11,756 nucleotides of DNA from Nitrososphaerota archaeon (lineage in GTDB: Archaea; Thermoproteota; Nitrososphaeria; Nitrososphaerales; UBA57): NCBI GenBank assembly GCA_013378385.1, contig JACAFS010000032.1:1-11756 (forward strand), given 5' to 3'. The position numbers were made by a program, and so were the translations under genes. The notes beneath the pieces were generated by a model. It made no database searches. It was not told the DNA's origin and saw only the letters and a program-made list of their open reading frames with translations. This document shows positions 1-6,800 of the stretch, piece after piece. How positions within the stretch are numbered: position 1 is the stretch's first letter; each line of letters begins with the position of its first letter.

Positions 1-93
1 GAATTAATAGTTGAAATTACACCAAACATAAAAGAATTACCTGAAGATAAGTTATTACGTAGTTTCACCAATATAAAACAAGAGGCACGATAA
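1..93 (+). CDS. 3' end of an upstream CDS (partial, unknown product)
   Basis: Frame 1 is open from the window edge to TAA at 91-93 (ELIVEITPNIKELPEDKLLRSFTNIKQEAR*). No family is recognisable from 30 aa. Confidence 0.3.
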   Translation, partial: ELIVEITPNIKELPEDKLLRSFTNIKQEAR

Positions 94-94
94 A

Positions 95-373
95 TTGGAT
101 TTTGAATTATTATTATTGAGAGCTTTAAAGTCGTTAATTGGAGTTTTGGGTCTATTATTGGCTTATTTATCACTGAAAGCTTACAGAAAATCAAAATCCA
201 AGAACATGCTATTTCTTTCTATAGGATTCGGTATAATCACAGTAGGATCAATTTTAGCAGGACTGTCATTCGAATTTTTGGGTTTTACATTACTTCAAGT
301 AAACATTGTTGAATCATTAATGATCTTGGTCGGTTTTATAATGGTAATGTATTCAATTTATGGTATTGATTGA
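95..373 (+). CDS. Small multi-pass membrane protein (hypothetical)
   Basis: 92-aa ORF with a TTG start one base after the upstream stop. It has three hydrophobic segments and a basic loop (KAYRKSKSKN). It resembles small archaeal membrane proteins found next to wHTH regulators, from memory and unverified. Confidence 0.5.
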   Translation: MDFELLLLRALKSLIGVLGLLLAYLSLKAYRKSKSKNMLFLSIGFGIITVGSILAGLSFEFLGFTLLQVNIVESLMILVGFIMVMYSIYGID

Positions 374-639
374 GGATCAAATTTCCCATAATCTAATATT
401 GTAAAATCACGAACTTCATTAATTATATATGGATCATTCTTAGCTATTTCTAAAGCACGATCGTAATCTTCCGTACATACGATAATTAATCCTCCTGTGC
501 CATTCTTATATCTTCCCGCAATAATTAATTCGCCTTTCTCATCAACATCCTTCAAATATCTAAGATGTTCAGGTCTATGTTCATTCATAAATTCAATACT
601 TGAAAGTTGTTTCTGAAGTATTACGTAATAATTTTCCAT
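358..639 (-). CDS. YciI-like (YCII domain) protein
   Basis: 93 aa. The pattern HRPEHLRYLK...GELIIAGRY...GGLIIVCTEDYDRALEIAKNDPYI matches the YciI family layout (H-R-P-x-H-L, then A-x-x-DP[FY]). ATG at 639 lies 27.5 nt from the TATA-like GTATAAAT at 663-670. Confidence 0.8.
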   Translation of the reverse strand: MENYYVILQKQLSSIEFMNEHRPEHLRYLKDVDEKGELIIAGRYKNGTGGLIIVCTEDYDRALEIAKNDPYIINEVRDFTILDYGKFDPQSIP

Positions 640-662
640 AATATTTCCTAAATATATACAAG

Positions 663-670
663 GTATAAAT
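663..670. promoter_or_regulatory. Shared central TATA-like box for the divergent YciI-like and nadE genes
   Basis: The centre of GTATAAAT is 27.5 nt from both the minus-strand ATG (639) and the plus-strand GTG (694). The same about 27-nt spacing occurs at the tRNA (CTATATAG 3014-3021) and at 11501-11508. Confidence 0.45.
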
Positions 671-693
671 CATTCGAAAATATTCAATATTTT

Positions 694-1491
694 GTGAGTT
701 ACAATCCAAATAATTATGATTATTCAGGTATAATTGAGAAGATTGGTAAATTCATCCTCAATAAAACCCTTGAATCAAATTCAAATGGCATAGTCATAGG
801 ATTGAGTGGAGGGATAGATTCTAGTGTATGTCTTGCATTGGCCGCAAAATCACTACCAAATCATAATATTATTGGATTAATAATGCCCATGAATGGAATA
901 ACTCCTGAAGATGACGAGATGGATGCTGTAAATCTAGCAAATAAATATAATATTGAATATAGAACAATTCCTATCAATAATATCGAAGATAGTTTCAAAG
1001 CAGAAATATATCAATCGTATTCTAATGAACTCAATGAGAATAAAGTTGCACAAGGAAATTTATTAGCTAGAATAAGAATGTCAATTTTATACTATCACGC
1101 CAATCTATTGAACAGAATCGTCATAGGAACCGGTGATAAAAGTGAAGCTATGTTGGGGTATTTTACAAAATATGGAGACGGCGGAGTAGATATTGCACCA
1201 ATTGCAGATTTATATAAAACACAAGTAAGAGTTATTGCAAAAGAATTAGGCATCTCGAATAAAATAATAAATAAAAAAAGTGGCCCAAGATTATGGATTG
1301 ATCATGATGCCGAAGATGAATTAAATATGACTTATGATGAGATAGACCCAATATTATTCCAATATAGCAATAATAAAATCAACGAAGACTCATTATCGCA
1401 AGAACAAAAAATTATCTTTAATAATATCAAAGATAGGAATGTCAGGAATAATCACAAAAGCAGAATGCCTGAAATTTGTATTCTTGATTAA
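694..1491 (+). CDS. nadE: NH3-dependent NAD+ synthetase
   Basis: 265 aa with a GTG start. It has the PP-loop ATP pyrophosphatase motif GLSGGIDSSV, then GTGDKSE and YFTKYGDGG typical of NadE. Confidence 0.93.
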   Translation: MSYNPNNYDYSGIIEKIGKFILNKTLESNSNGIVIGLSGGIDSSVCLALAAKSLPNHNIIGLIMPMNGITPEDDEMDAVNLANKYNIEYRTIPINNIEDSFKAEIYQSYSNELNENKVAQGNLLARIRMSILYYHANLLNRIVIGTGDKSEAMLGYFTKYGDGGVDIAPIADLYKTQVRVIAKELGISNKIINKKSGPRLWIDHDAEDELNMTYDEIDPILFQYSNNKINEDSLSQEQKIIFNNIKDRNVRNNHKSRMPEICILD

Positions 1492-1719
1492 TTATAGACT
1501 TAGGCCCATTTTTCTTGCAATTGATCTAGCTTTTTGTGAGAATGTTATCTTATCTTTTTCATTCATTGAATTAGTTTTTTGTAATATTATTGCGTCTTCA
1601 GATGCCATAACAAATAGTTTATTTCCAGCTTCTAATTGAAGTTTATTGCGTACATCTACAGGAATAACAACTTGGCCTTTTGCAGATAATTTTGTTGTAT
1701 CAATTGATATATTTTCCAT
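1492..1719 (-). CDS. AbrB/SpoVT/MazE-type DNA-binding protein
   Basis: The core LSAKGQVVIPVDVRNKLQLEAGNKLFV is the swapped-hairpin AbrB motif (KGQ[VI]xIP..[IV]R..L.l..G). The track ORF starts at TTG 1755. I prefer the in-frame ATG at 1719 (MENISID...). The stop abuts the nadE stop with no spacer. Confidence 0.75.
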   Translation of the reverse strand: MENISIDTTKLSAKGQVVIPVDVRNKLQLEAGNKLFVMASEDAIILQKTNSMNEKDKITFSQKARSIARKMGLSL

Positions 1720-1831
1720 ATGAAAACAATGAATAATCAACAATATTGAGCGCAATCAGAAATATTCTTTACAATTTAGTCAAGGAAAATCACTCAAATT
1801 CAATAAATCATAAGTTAATCATCCAATATAC

Positions 1832-2065
1832 ATGGGCAGAATCACTACTTTGTTGACTATATGGATTGCGGGATTTATGGTCGGTTTTGTTGGATGGTAT
1901 CTATATCCACAATTATCCTCCGTACTAAGCCTATTTACTCCATTAGTTCTCAGTATATTTGATGCACAGATAACAAATGCAGCAATTGCAGGATTTGCAA
2001 CATCAATCGTTTCAGTTGTTGTAGTATTGGTCTGGGCGAATAAAACTAAAAACAATAGATTTTAG
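1832..2065 (+). CDS. Small 2-TM membrane protein (hypothetical)
   Basis: 77 aa with two clear hydrophobic helices and a basic C-terminus (NKTKNNRF). The overlapping minus-strand ORF 1819..2055 looks like its antisense shadow. Confidence 0.5.
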   Translation: MGRITTLLTIWIAGFMVGFVGWYLYPQLSSVLSLFTPLVLSIFDAQITNAAIAGFATSIVSVVVVLVWANKTKNNRF

Positions 2066-2146
2066 TAATGATATTTTATCACTAGAATTTGAAGCTAGTG
2101 TTAAAGTTAAGTATATTAAATAATTTCAGAATAATAGGATTGGGAT

Positions 2147-3001
2147 ATGAAACAAAAGAATGTAATAATAACCGGAATAACATCGGGAATAGGGACTGAA
2201 ATAGCTTTAGATTTAGCTAAGCATGGTCATATGATCAATCTAGTTGCAAGAAGTGAAGAATCTGGAAATATAATCAAGGATTTGATCTTTAAAAAAACAA
2301 AAAATAACGATATACATGTATACAAATGTGATCTGTCACTCCAAAAAGACATTCGAGAATTTGTAGATAATTTCAAAAAACAGAACAACAGTCTTGACAT
2401 ATTGATAAACAATGCAGCAATGGTTCCAAAAGAACGAATAATTACAAGTGAAGGAATAGAAACTCAATTTGCCGTAAATTATATTGCGCCATATCTACTA
2501 TCCCGACTTTTATTGGATATGTTAAAGAAGAGTTCTCCGTCCAGGATAGTAAATACATCATCTGTTGCTCATACGTCGGGAAATCTCAATGTCGATGACT
2601 TTCAGAGATTAAATGAAAAATACTCAATGCGTGGAATGCGTGCATATTGCAATTCAAAATTAGCTTTAACAATAGATACTGTCGAGCTTGCAAAAGAATT
2701 GGAAGGAACCGGAGTCACCTGCAATGCAGTTCATCCAGGAGGAGTAAATACCAATATCATGCGATATAACATCCCAAAGTTTTTGCAGCCACTGATGAAA
2801 AAAACGAAATTTATGGGAACGCTCCGGCTGTCGCCTAAAGAAGGAGCTAATCCAATCATAGAGGCAGCATGTTCAGACAAATATGATAAGGTATCTGGCA
2901 AATATTTCGATAGATTCACGCAAAAAGATGCATCAAAAAAGGTTTTTGATAAAGACGTTGTTGCAAAACTATCTGAATACACGAAAAGTATTGTAGCATA
3001 A
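2147..3001 (+). CDS. Short-chain dehydrogenase/reductase (classical SDR, retinol-dehydrogenase-like)
   Basis: 284 aa with the cofactor motif TGITSGIG, NNAA, the catalytic Ser in NTSSVAH and the YxxxK motif (YCNSK). Confidence 0.9.
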   Translation: MKQKNVIITGITSGIGTEIALDLAKHGHMINLVARSEESGNIIKDLIFKKTKNNDIHVYKCDLSLQKDIREFVDNFKKQNNSLDILINNAAMVPKERIITSEGIETQFAVNYIAPYLLSRLLLDMLKKSSPSRIVNTSSVAHTSGNLNVDDFQRLNEKYSMRGMRAYCNSKLALTIDTVELAKELEGTGVTCNAVHPGGVNTNIMRYNIPKFLQPLMKKTKFMGTLRLSPKEGANPIIEAACSDKYDKVSGKYFDRFTQKDASKKVFDKDVVAKLSEYTKSIVA

Positions 3002-3044
3002 CACCCATCAAATCTATATAGTATTATTCCCACAAATTTCTTAC

Positions 3045-3133
3045 GGTGGGATGGCGGAGAAATACAATTCTGCAACGGTTTACGCGTGCGCCTGCAAAGC
3101 GTATATACATGGGTTCAAATCCCATTCCCACCT
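3045..3133 (+). tRNA. tRNA-Cys (anticodon GCA) with about 13-17 extra nt in the D-arm region (probable non-canonical intron)
   Basis: The acceptor stem is a perfect 7 bp, GGTGGGA/TCCCACC. The T arm is ATGGG-TTCAAAT-CCCAT. The anticodon arm is TGCGC-CTGCAAA-GCGTA, with GCA at 3094-3096, and there is a 5-nt variable loop. U8 and A14 are present, and the discriminator is U, as expected for tRNA-Cys. There are 35 nt between the acceptor and anticodon stems, against 18-22 canonically. TATA-like CTATATAG lies 27 nt upstream and a T6 run lies just downstream. Confidence 0.75.
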
Positions 3134-3185
3134 TGTTATCTATTTACTTGTTTTTTAGAAAAAGTTAAAGGAGCAGAAATTACAA

Positions 3186-4025
3186 TTGACACATTTGACT
3201 AATGTCGTAATTGATCATGATGTAATTGGCTGGGCACATAGCAATATGCAAAAACTCAAAGATCGATATAATAATATCTACATAGTTGGAAAAGATAATT
3301 CTCCAGAAGAATTAATGAATAATAATATTAGTGATCTGAATATTGCTAAATATTGCCTTAATAATAATTGCGATCTCGTGACTGCAGATAAGAAATCATA
3401 TGTTGATTGGTTTAATTCATATAATGGAATAACTAAATTAGTCATTTCAAAATTTGATTATTGGAATGAAGGACATAGACCAATTTTACTTATTCAAATT
3501 GAAAATACTAATCATATTGAGAACATTACACCATATAATTTCAATCTCAAAATATCAAAGCCACTTGAAACAGCTCCATCTAGATTCAAGAATAAAATCA
3601 TAACAATGGTTAATGAATCATTACTTCACTTTCCAGAATTATCAGATGATAGAATTACTTTGGGAATAACACATGTCAATGATGGAAATGCATCATGGGA
3701 AGAGGGCTATAAGATTAGGCTGAATCCGAGAAGACTGACATATTTTACTATAGGACATGAACTCATGCATTTGTTACAGTTTAAGGGAGATTTGCCCATG
3801 ACTGAAAACTCCACAGATATCTTCACACTTGCAAGATCCATGTTATTTCTTGACGAACCTCCTTGTTATCTAAAAATACCCAGGAAATTACAGAATTATT
3901 GGGAAGAAAATGCCGAATCAATACACAGTATCTGTAAAGATGCAATTGAATACAGAAAAACACATAGAAATTATATAAAATGGACTGAAGACAAATTCGG
4001 TCAATTGACTATCAAAACGAGATAA
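3186..4025 (+). CDS. Two-domain protein: N-terminal PIN-like (DUF5615-like) domain fused to a C-terminal HExxH putative zinc metallopeptidase domain
   Basis: 279 aa with a TTG start. The N-terminus has VVIDHDV ... ISDLNIAKYCLNNNCDLVTADKKSY, which resembles the DUF5615/Mut7-C PIN-like signature (lDEN ... sDeeil.lA...g.ilvT.DkDF). The C-terminus has FTIGHELMHLLQ (HELMH encoded at 3756-3770), as in SprT/DUF45-type metallopeptidases. The domain calls are from memory of the motifs. Confidence 0.65.
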   Translation: MTHLTNVVIDHDVIGWAHSNMQKLKDRYNNIYIVGKDNSPEELMNNNISDLNIAKYCLNNNCDLVTADKKSYVDWFNSYNGITKLVISKFDYWNEGHRPILLIQIENTNHIENITPYNFNLKISKPLETAPSRFKNKIITMVNESLLHFPELSDDRITLGITHVNDGNASWEEGYKIRLNPRRLTYFTIGHELMHLLQFKGDLPMTENSTDIFTLARSMLFLDEPPCYLKIPRKLQNYWEENAESIHSICKDAIEYRKTHRNYIKWTEDKFGQLTIKTR

Positions 4026-4028
4026 TCT

Positions 4029-4049
4029 CCCGAGATGGAATATCTCGGG
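4029..4049 (+). terminator. Perfect 8-bp hairpin followed by T3, just after the 3186..4025 stop
   Basis: CCCGAGAT (4029-4036) pairs with ATCTCGGG (4042-4049) across a 5-nt loop, followed by TTT. A second hairpin, TTGGAT/ATCCAA, lies at 4051-4073. Confidence 0.35.
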
Positions 4050-4179
4050 TTTGGATATCGAATTAAAATCCAACTGAACCATAGATGAAAAACAATTCGA
4101 TAATTATTTTATTATATTTATCTATATAATATACAGAGTTAATTGTCAGTTCTGATAACCAAATAATAAAATAACTTGA

Positions 4180-4461
4180 TTATGGATATAGTAAATTATT
4201 TGCTCTATCTATCTCGGCTTGAAATGAATCTTCTGCAACAATTGACATCACTATGACAAGAACGGTTCCATTGTTTGAATCAAATGCACTCATTTCGTCA
4301 ATAGTCCATCCTTCATGAGAGAGTATGTTTAATTCACGCTCTACTTTTGATTCAGAACCTGATAATACTTTGTATGCTAAATCGTCATCTAATTCTTCAT
4401 CTTCGTATTCATCATCTTCAAATTCATCATCTTCTAATTCTTCATCTTTGTCGATATGCAT
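4180..4461 (-). CDS. Acidic-tailed small protein, DUF4177-like C-terminal domain
   Basis: 93 aa. The N-terminal 27 residues are almost all D/E. The remainder, YKVLSG...ELNILSHEGWTIDEMSAF...GTVLVIVMS, resembles the DUF4177 pattern (YKV...L+.lg.eGWel...). Confidence 0.55.
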   Translation of the reverse strand: MHIDKDEELEDDEFEDDEYEDEELDDDLAYKVLSGSESKVERELNILSHEGWTIDEMSAFDSNNGTVLVIVMSIVAEDSFQAEIDRANNLLYP

Positions 4462-4494
4462 ATTTGTGATAATAAATAATCTATATATAAATCC

Positions 4495-4734
4495 ATGGAC
4501 GAAAAAATTTTTATCGAAATCAATAGAATGAAAAATTCCTTATATGATAGAATCTCAAATTCAATGTCCAATGAAAAAAATGTTGCAAAATCAAAAAAAA
4601 TTCATAATGAATTAGAAATCATGTTGAGTATTTGGACCGATAATGAAAATATGAAGACACTTTCGGATAAAGATAAAACTGACATCTTCAATACAGCAAA
4701 ATTAATCATAAAAAAGGCAGATGACTTACTATAG
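4495..4734 (+). CDS. Hypothetical helical protein
   Basis: 79-aa ORF that is K/E/N-rich, with no recognisable motif. The TATA-like TATATATAAA lies only about 14 nt upstream, so the start is uncertain. Confidence 0.4.
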   Translation: MDEKIFIEINRMKNSLYDRISNSMSNEKNVAKSKKIHNELEIMLSIWTDNENMKTLSDKDKTDIFNTAKLIIKKADDLL

Positions 4735-4769
4735 ATCAATTAAGGTGAAGGCACACGAACAAAATAATC

Positions 4770-5066
4770 TTGAAAATCAATGAATTCCAGCGTAAATTTA
4801 GATATTATTTCATCATAATATTCATTACATATGTAATTTTAGATTTATTTGGCATATTTCCATACGGAATCGGACGAATTCCAGTTAAACCTGAATCTAC
4901 TATTCCTGGCTTGAACTATCTTTATGCTATTGGTTTTTCCTATCTTTTTGCAATAATAATGTCGATAATTAATCCTAAACGGACAATATTATGGTTATTT
5001 GCAATTCCTCCAGTAGCATTAATCTATAGGATTCTGAAAAAAATTACAAAATATTATAAAAAATAA
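4770..5066 (+). CDS. Hypothetical 3-TM membrane protein
   Basis: 98-aa ORF with a TTG start, hydrophobic helices and a basic C-terminus (KKITKYYKK). No family is recognised. Confidence 0.45.
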   Translation: MKINEFQRKFRYYFIIIFITYVILDLFGIFPYGIGRIPVKPESTIPGLNYLYAIGFSYLFAIIMSIINPKRTILWLFAIPPVALIYRILKKITKYYKK

Positions 5067-5462
5067 TTATTTCTCTTTCAACAGGATAATTTCTGATTTA
5101 TCATACGACCCAAAGTATCGAAATAATTTCAGTGCAATGTAAAACAAATGATATTTTGTTCTAAATTTTTTATCTATAATTTTATAATCTGTATGACTTA
5201 ATTCCACTACTTCAGCTTTAATTTCAATCTTATCTCCAGTTATTTTACCTGAATTTGTACATGGAGCAATAATGGCCTTGTGATTGTTCTTTATTCTCTT
5301 AACTTTACCTGCGGATTTAGATGTTTTTACATAACCTAAAGTTCCGTCGGTAACTACCCATACCGGTGTATGAACTACGTCGCCTGATTTCCTATATGTT
5401 GTAAGGTTTATTGTTCTACTATCAAGTATTTTATTAAATAAATTCAAATTCATTTCAATCAC
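5067..5462 (-). CDS. PPOX-class (pyridoxamine 5'-phosphate oxidase-like, probable F420/FMN-binding) split-barrel protein
   Basis: 131 aa. INLTTYRKSGDVVHTPVWVV.DG.LGYVKTSKSAGKVKRIKNNHKAIIAPC matches the PPOX/F420-dependent family pattern (l.T.rkdG.p..tPVW...dg.lyv.t...s.KvkRlrnnp.v.lapc). The track start is GTG at 5462, with an alternative ATG at 5453. Confidence 0.8.
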   Translation of the reverse strand: MIEMNLNLFNKILDSRTINLTTYRKSGDVVHTPVWVVTDGTLGYVKTSKSAGKVKRIKNNHKAIIAPCTNSGKITGDKIEIKAEVVELSHTDYKIIDKKFRTKYHLFYIALKLFRYFGSYDKSEIILLKEK

Positions 5463-5575
5463 ATAATCAAGATTATATTATGAATCAAAATCATCATATC
5501 ATATTATAAATTTACTGAACAAGATAATTTAACAAATCATAACAATTATTAGAGATTAATCAACTAAATAATCAA

Positions 5576-5671
5576 ATGCTTGCAGATCCCATGTTCAAAA
5601 AGGCGATAATTATTGGCGGACTTATATTTGTAGGAGCGATTTTATTGCTTTTTTACGAGATTTTGAGGTAA
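5576..5671 (+). CDS. Possible 31-aa single-TM micro-protein
   Basis: An ATG-started ORF, MLADPMFKKAIIIGGLIFVGAILLLFYEILR*, lies inside a 355-bp intergenic gap. A T7 run at 5761-5767 lies downstream. The only evidence is the ORF and its hydrophobicity. Confidence 0.25.
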   Translation: MLADPMFKKAIIIGGLIFVGAILLLFYEILR

Positions 5672-5817
5672 AATAACCAATAAAATGCTAATTTTGATTA
5701 TCCGGTAACTTTAAATTAGATAAATACACTATAAGATTTGGATTTCAGCATAACAGGGGATTTTTTTAAATCTCACACCTCGGTAAGGAGGCTGTTTGTT
5801 GTATCCCATTAATTTTA

Positions 5818-6507
5818 TCAAATTAAATCTAACCAACGATTAAAGATTATTCTTCCATTAGAATTGACTTTCTCTACTTTTTCGTCTAGATTTGACAATA
5901 TATTGGATTTATCAATAGATTCAGATAAAAGATCAGATTCAAATTTAGCAGTTATATTTTGTACTATGTCTTTCGTAATTTCTAAATGAAACAATAATCC
6001 ATAACATGTCTTTCTATAAATAAATGCTTGAATGTCAGAGATTTTACTAGAAGCTAATTTAGTAGAGTTATCCGGTAATGAGAAGATATCCCCGTGCCAA
6101 TGGAATGCAAGAAATTCATTTTCAAGATTCTGAAAGATTGTGTCTTCTTTATTAAAAATTTTTACATTATGCCAGCCAAGTTCTTGTTGAGAATTTCTGT
6201 ATATTAAACTATTCAATGCACTTGCAATGATTTGACTTCCTAAACATATTCCAATTATGGGTCTTTTAAGTTCTAAATATTTTTTCACTAATTCAATTTC
6301 AGTCTCAATAAATGAATAACGTGATTTTTCATTGACGCTCATTGGACCGCCCATAATAATAAGAGCGTCATAATCTAGAAGATTTTCATAATCAGAAATG
6401 AGATTTTTACAATCAAAACCTATATTTCTTTTCGCCATTAAATCTGCAATGATTCCTGGAGTCTCAATATCAATATGTTGAACGACAAGGATATTTTTGG
6501 AATTCAC
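5818..6507 (-). CDS. Class I glutamine amidotransferase (GATase1, GuaA-N-like stand-alone)
   Basis: 229 aa with a GTG start. It has the nucleophile elbow IIGICLGSQIIA, an FHWHGD segment, and the His-Glu pair in LFHLE. Confidence 0.88.
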   Translation of the reverse strand: MNSKNILVVQHIDIETPGIIADLMAKRNIGFDCKNLISDYENLLDYDALIIMGGPMSVNEKSRYSFIETEIELVKKYLELKRPIIGICLGSQIIASALNSLIYRNSQQELGWHNVKIFNKEDTIFQNLENEFLAFHWHGDIFSLPDNSTKLASSKISDIQAFIYRKTCYGLLFHLEITKDIVQNITAKFESDLLSESIDKSNILSNLDEKVEKVNSNGRIIFNRWLDLI

Positions 6508-6525
6508 AATATATTTGATGGATTT

Positions 6526-6533
6526 TTATATAA
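6526..6533. promoter_or_regulatory. Palindromic TATA box TTATATAA midway between divergent leaderless genes
   Basis: The centre at 6529.5 is 22.5 nt from the minus-strand GTG (6507) and 24.5 nt from the plus-strand ATG (6554). Confidence 0.4.
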
Positions 6534-6553
6534 TAAACTTAGATGCTAAAACT

Positions 6554-6766
6554 ATGTTAGAATGTAAAGATTGTAGGTTAGAGTTTACCGGAAAAGGCCC
6601 TAAATCAGATGTAATTTTCGAAGAATTCTGCCCCAAGTGTGGAAGTTATGAAATATTTGTCAAGAATAGTTCAAATCCAATTACTAAATCGATTATTGGC
6701 TGGACTGTCGTATTTCTGTTCATTAGTGCAGTACTTCTTCCATTGATTTGGTACATTCTTATATAG
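6554..6766 (+). CDS. Zinc-ribbon protein with a C-terminal TM anchor
   Basis: MLECKDCRLEF...FCPKCGSYEI (CxxC...CxxC) is followed by the hydrophobic IIGWTVVFLFISAVLLPLIWYILI. I prefer ATG 6554 to the track start 6497. The 6497 start overlaps the divergent GATase gene and lies upstream of the TATA box. Confidence 0.65.
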   Translation: MLECKDCRLEFTGKGPKSDVIFEEFCPKCGSYEIFVKNSSNPITKSIIGWTVVFLFISAVLLPLIWYILI

Positions 6767-6800
6767 AAATTATTACAGTTAATTTCAGGAGGATGTTTAA

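Noticed and set aside
1817-1825. AATCATCCA upstream of the 1832 gene, resembling the 5' part of promoter-module copies B and E
   Set aside because: It lacks the second half of the hexamer (TCCAAT, not TCCRCA) and the TTTTA...ATTTT blocks. It sits only 6 nt from the ATG, which is the wrong geometry.
2731-3075. 114-aa minus-strand ORF running across the SDR 3' end and into the tRNA
   Set aside because: It overlaps two well-supported features and has no motif of its own.
4083-4160. Possible C/D-box sRNA (UAGAUGA near 4083, CUGA near 4152)
   Set aside because: The C box is imperfect (A instead of U at position 2). There is no terminal stem and no internal C'/D' pair. The would-be guide regions are almost pure A/T, which is unlikely to target rRNA or tRNA.
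4325-4531. Ser-rich 68-aa plus-strand ORF
   Set aside because: It is the antisense of the GAA/GAT-rich acidic tail of the 4180..4461 gene. It is low-complexity poly-Ser generated by the complementary codons.
6669-6684. 14/16 match (GTTCAAATCCAATTAC) to the T-arm/3' end of tRNA-Cys, as a possible att site delimiting an integrated element from 3133 to 6684
   Set aside because: The match is short and imperfect, lies inside a coding frame and has no integrase nearby. My rough estimate is that such a match to some 16-mer of the tRNA is expected by chance in a window of this size and composition.
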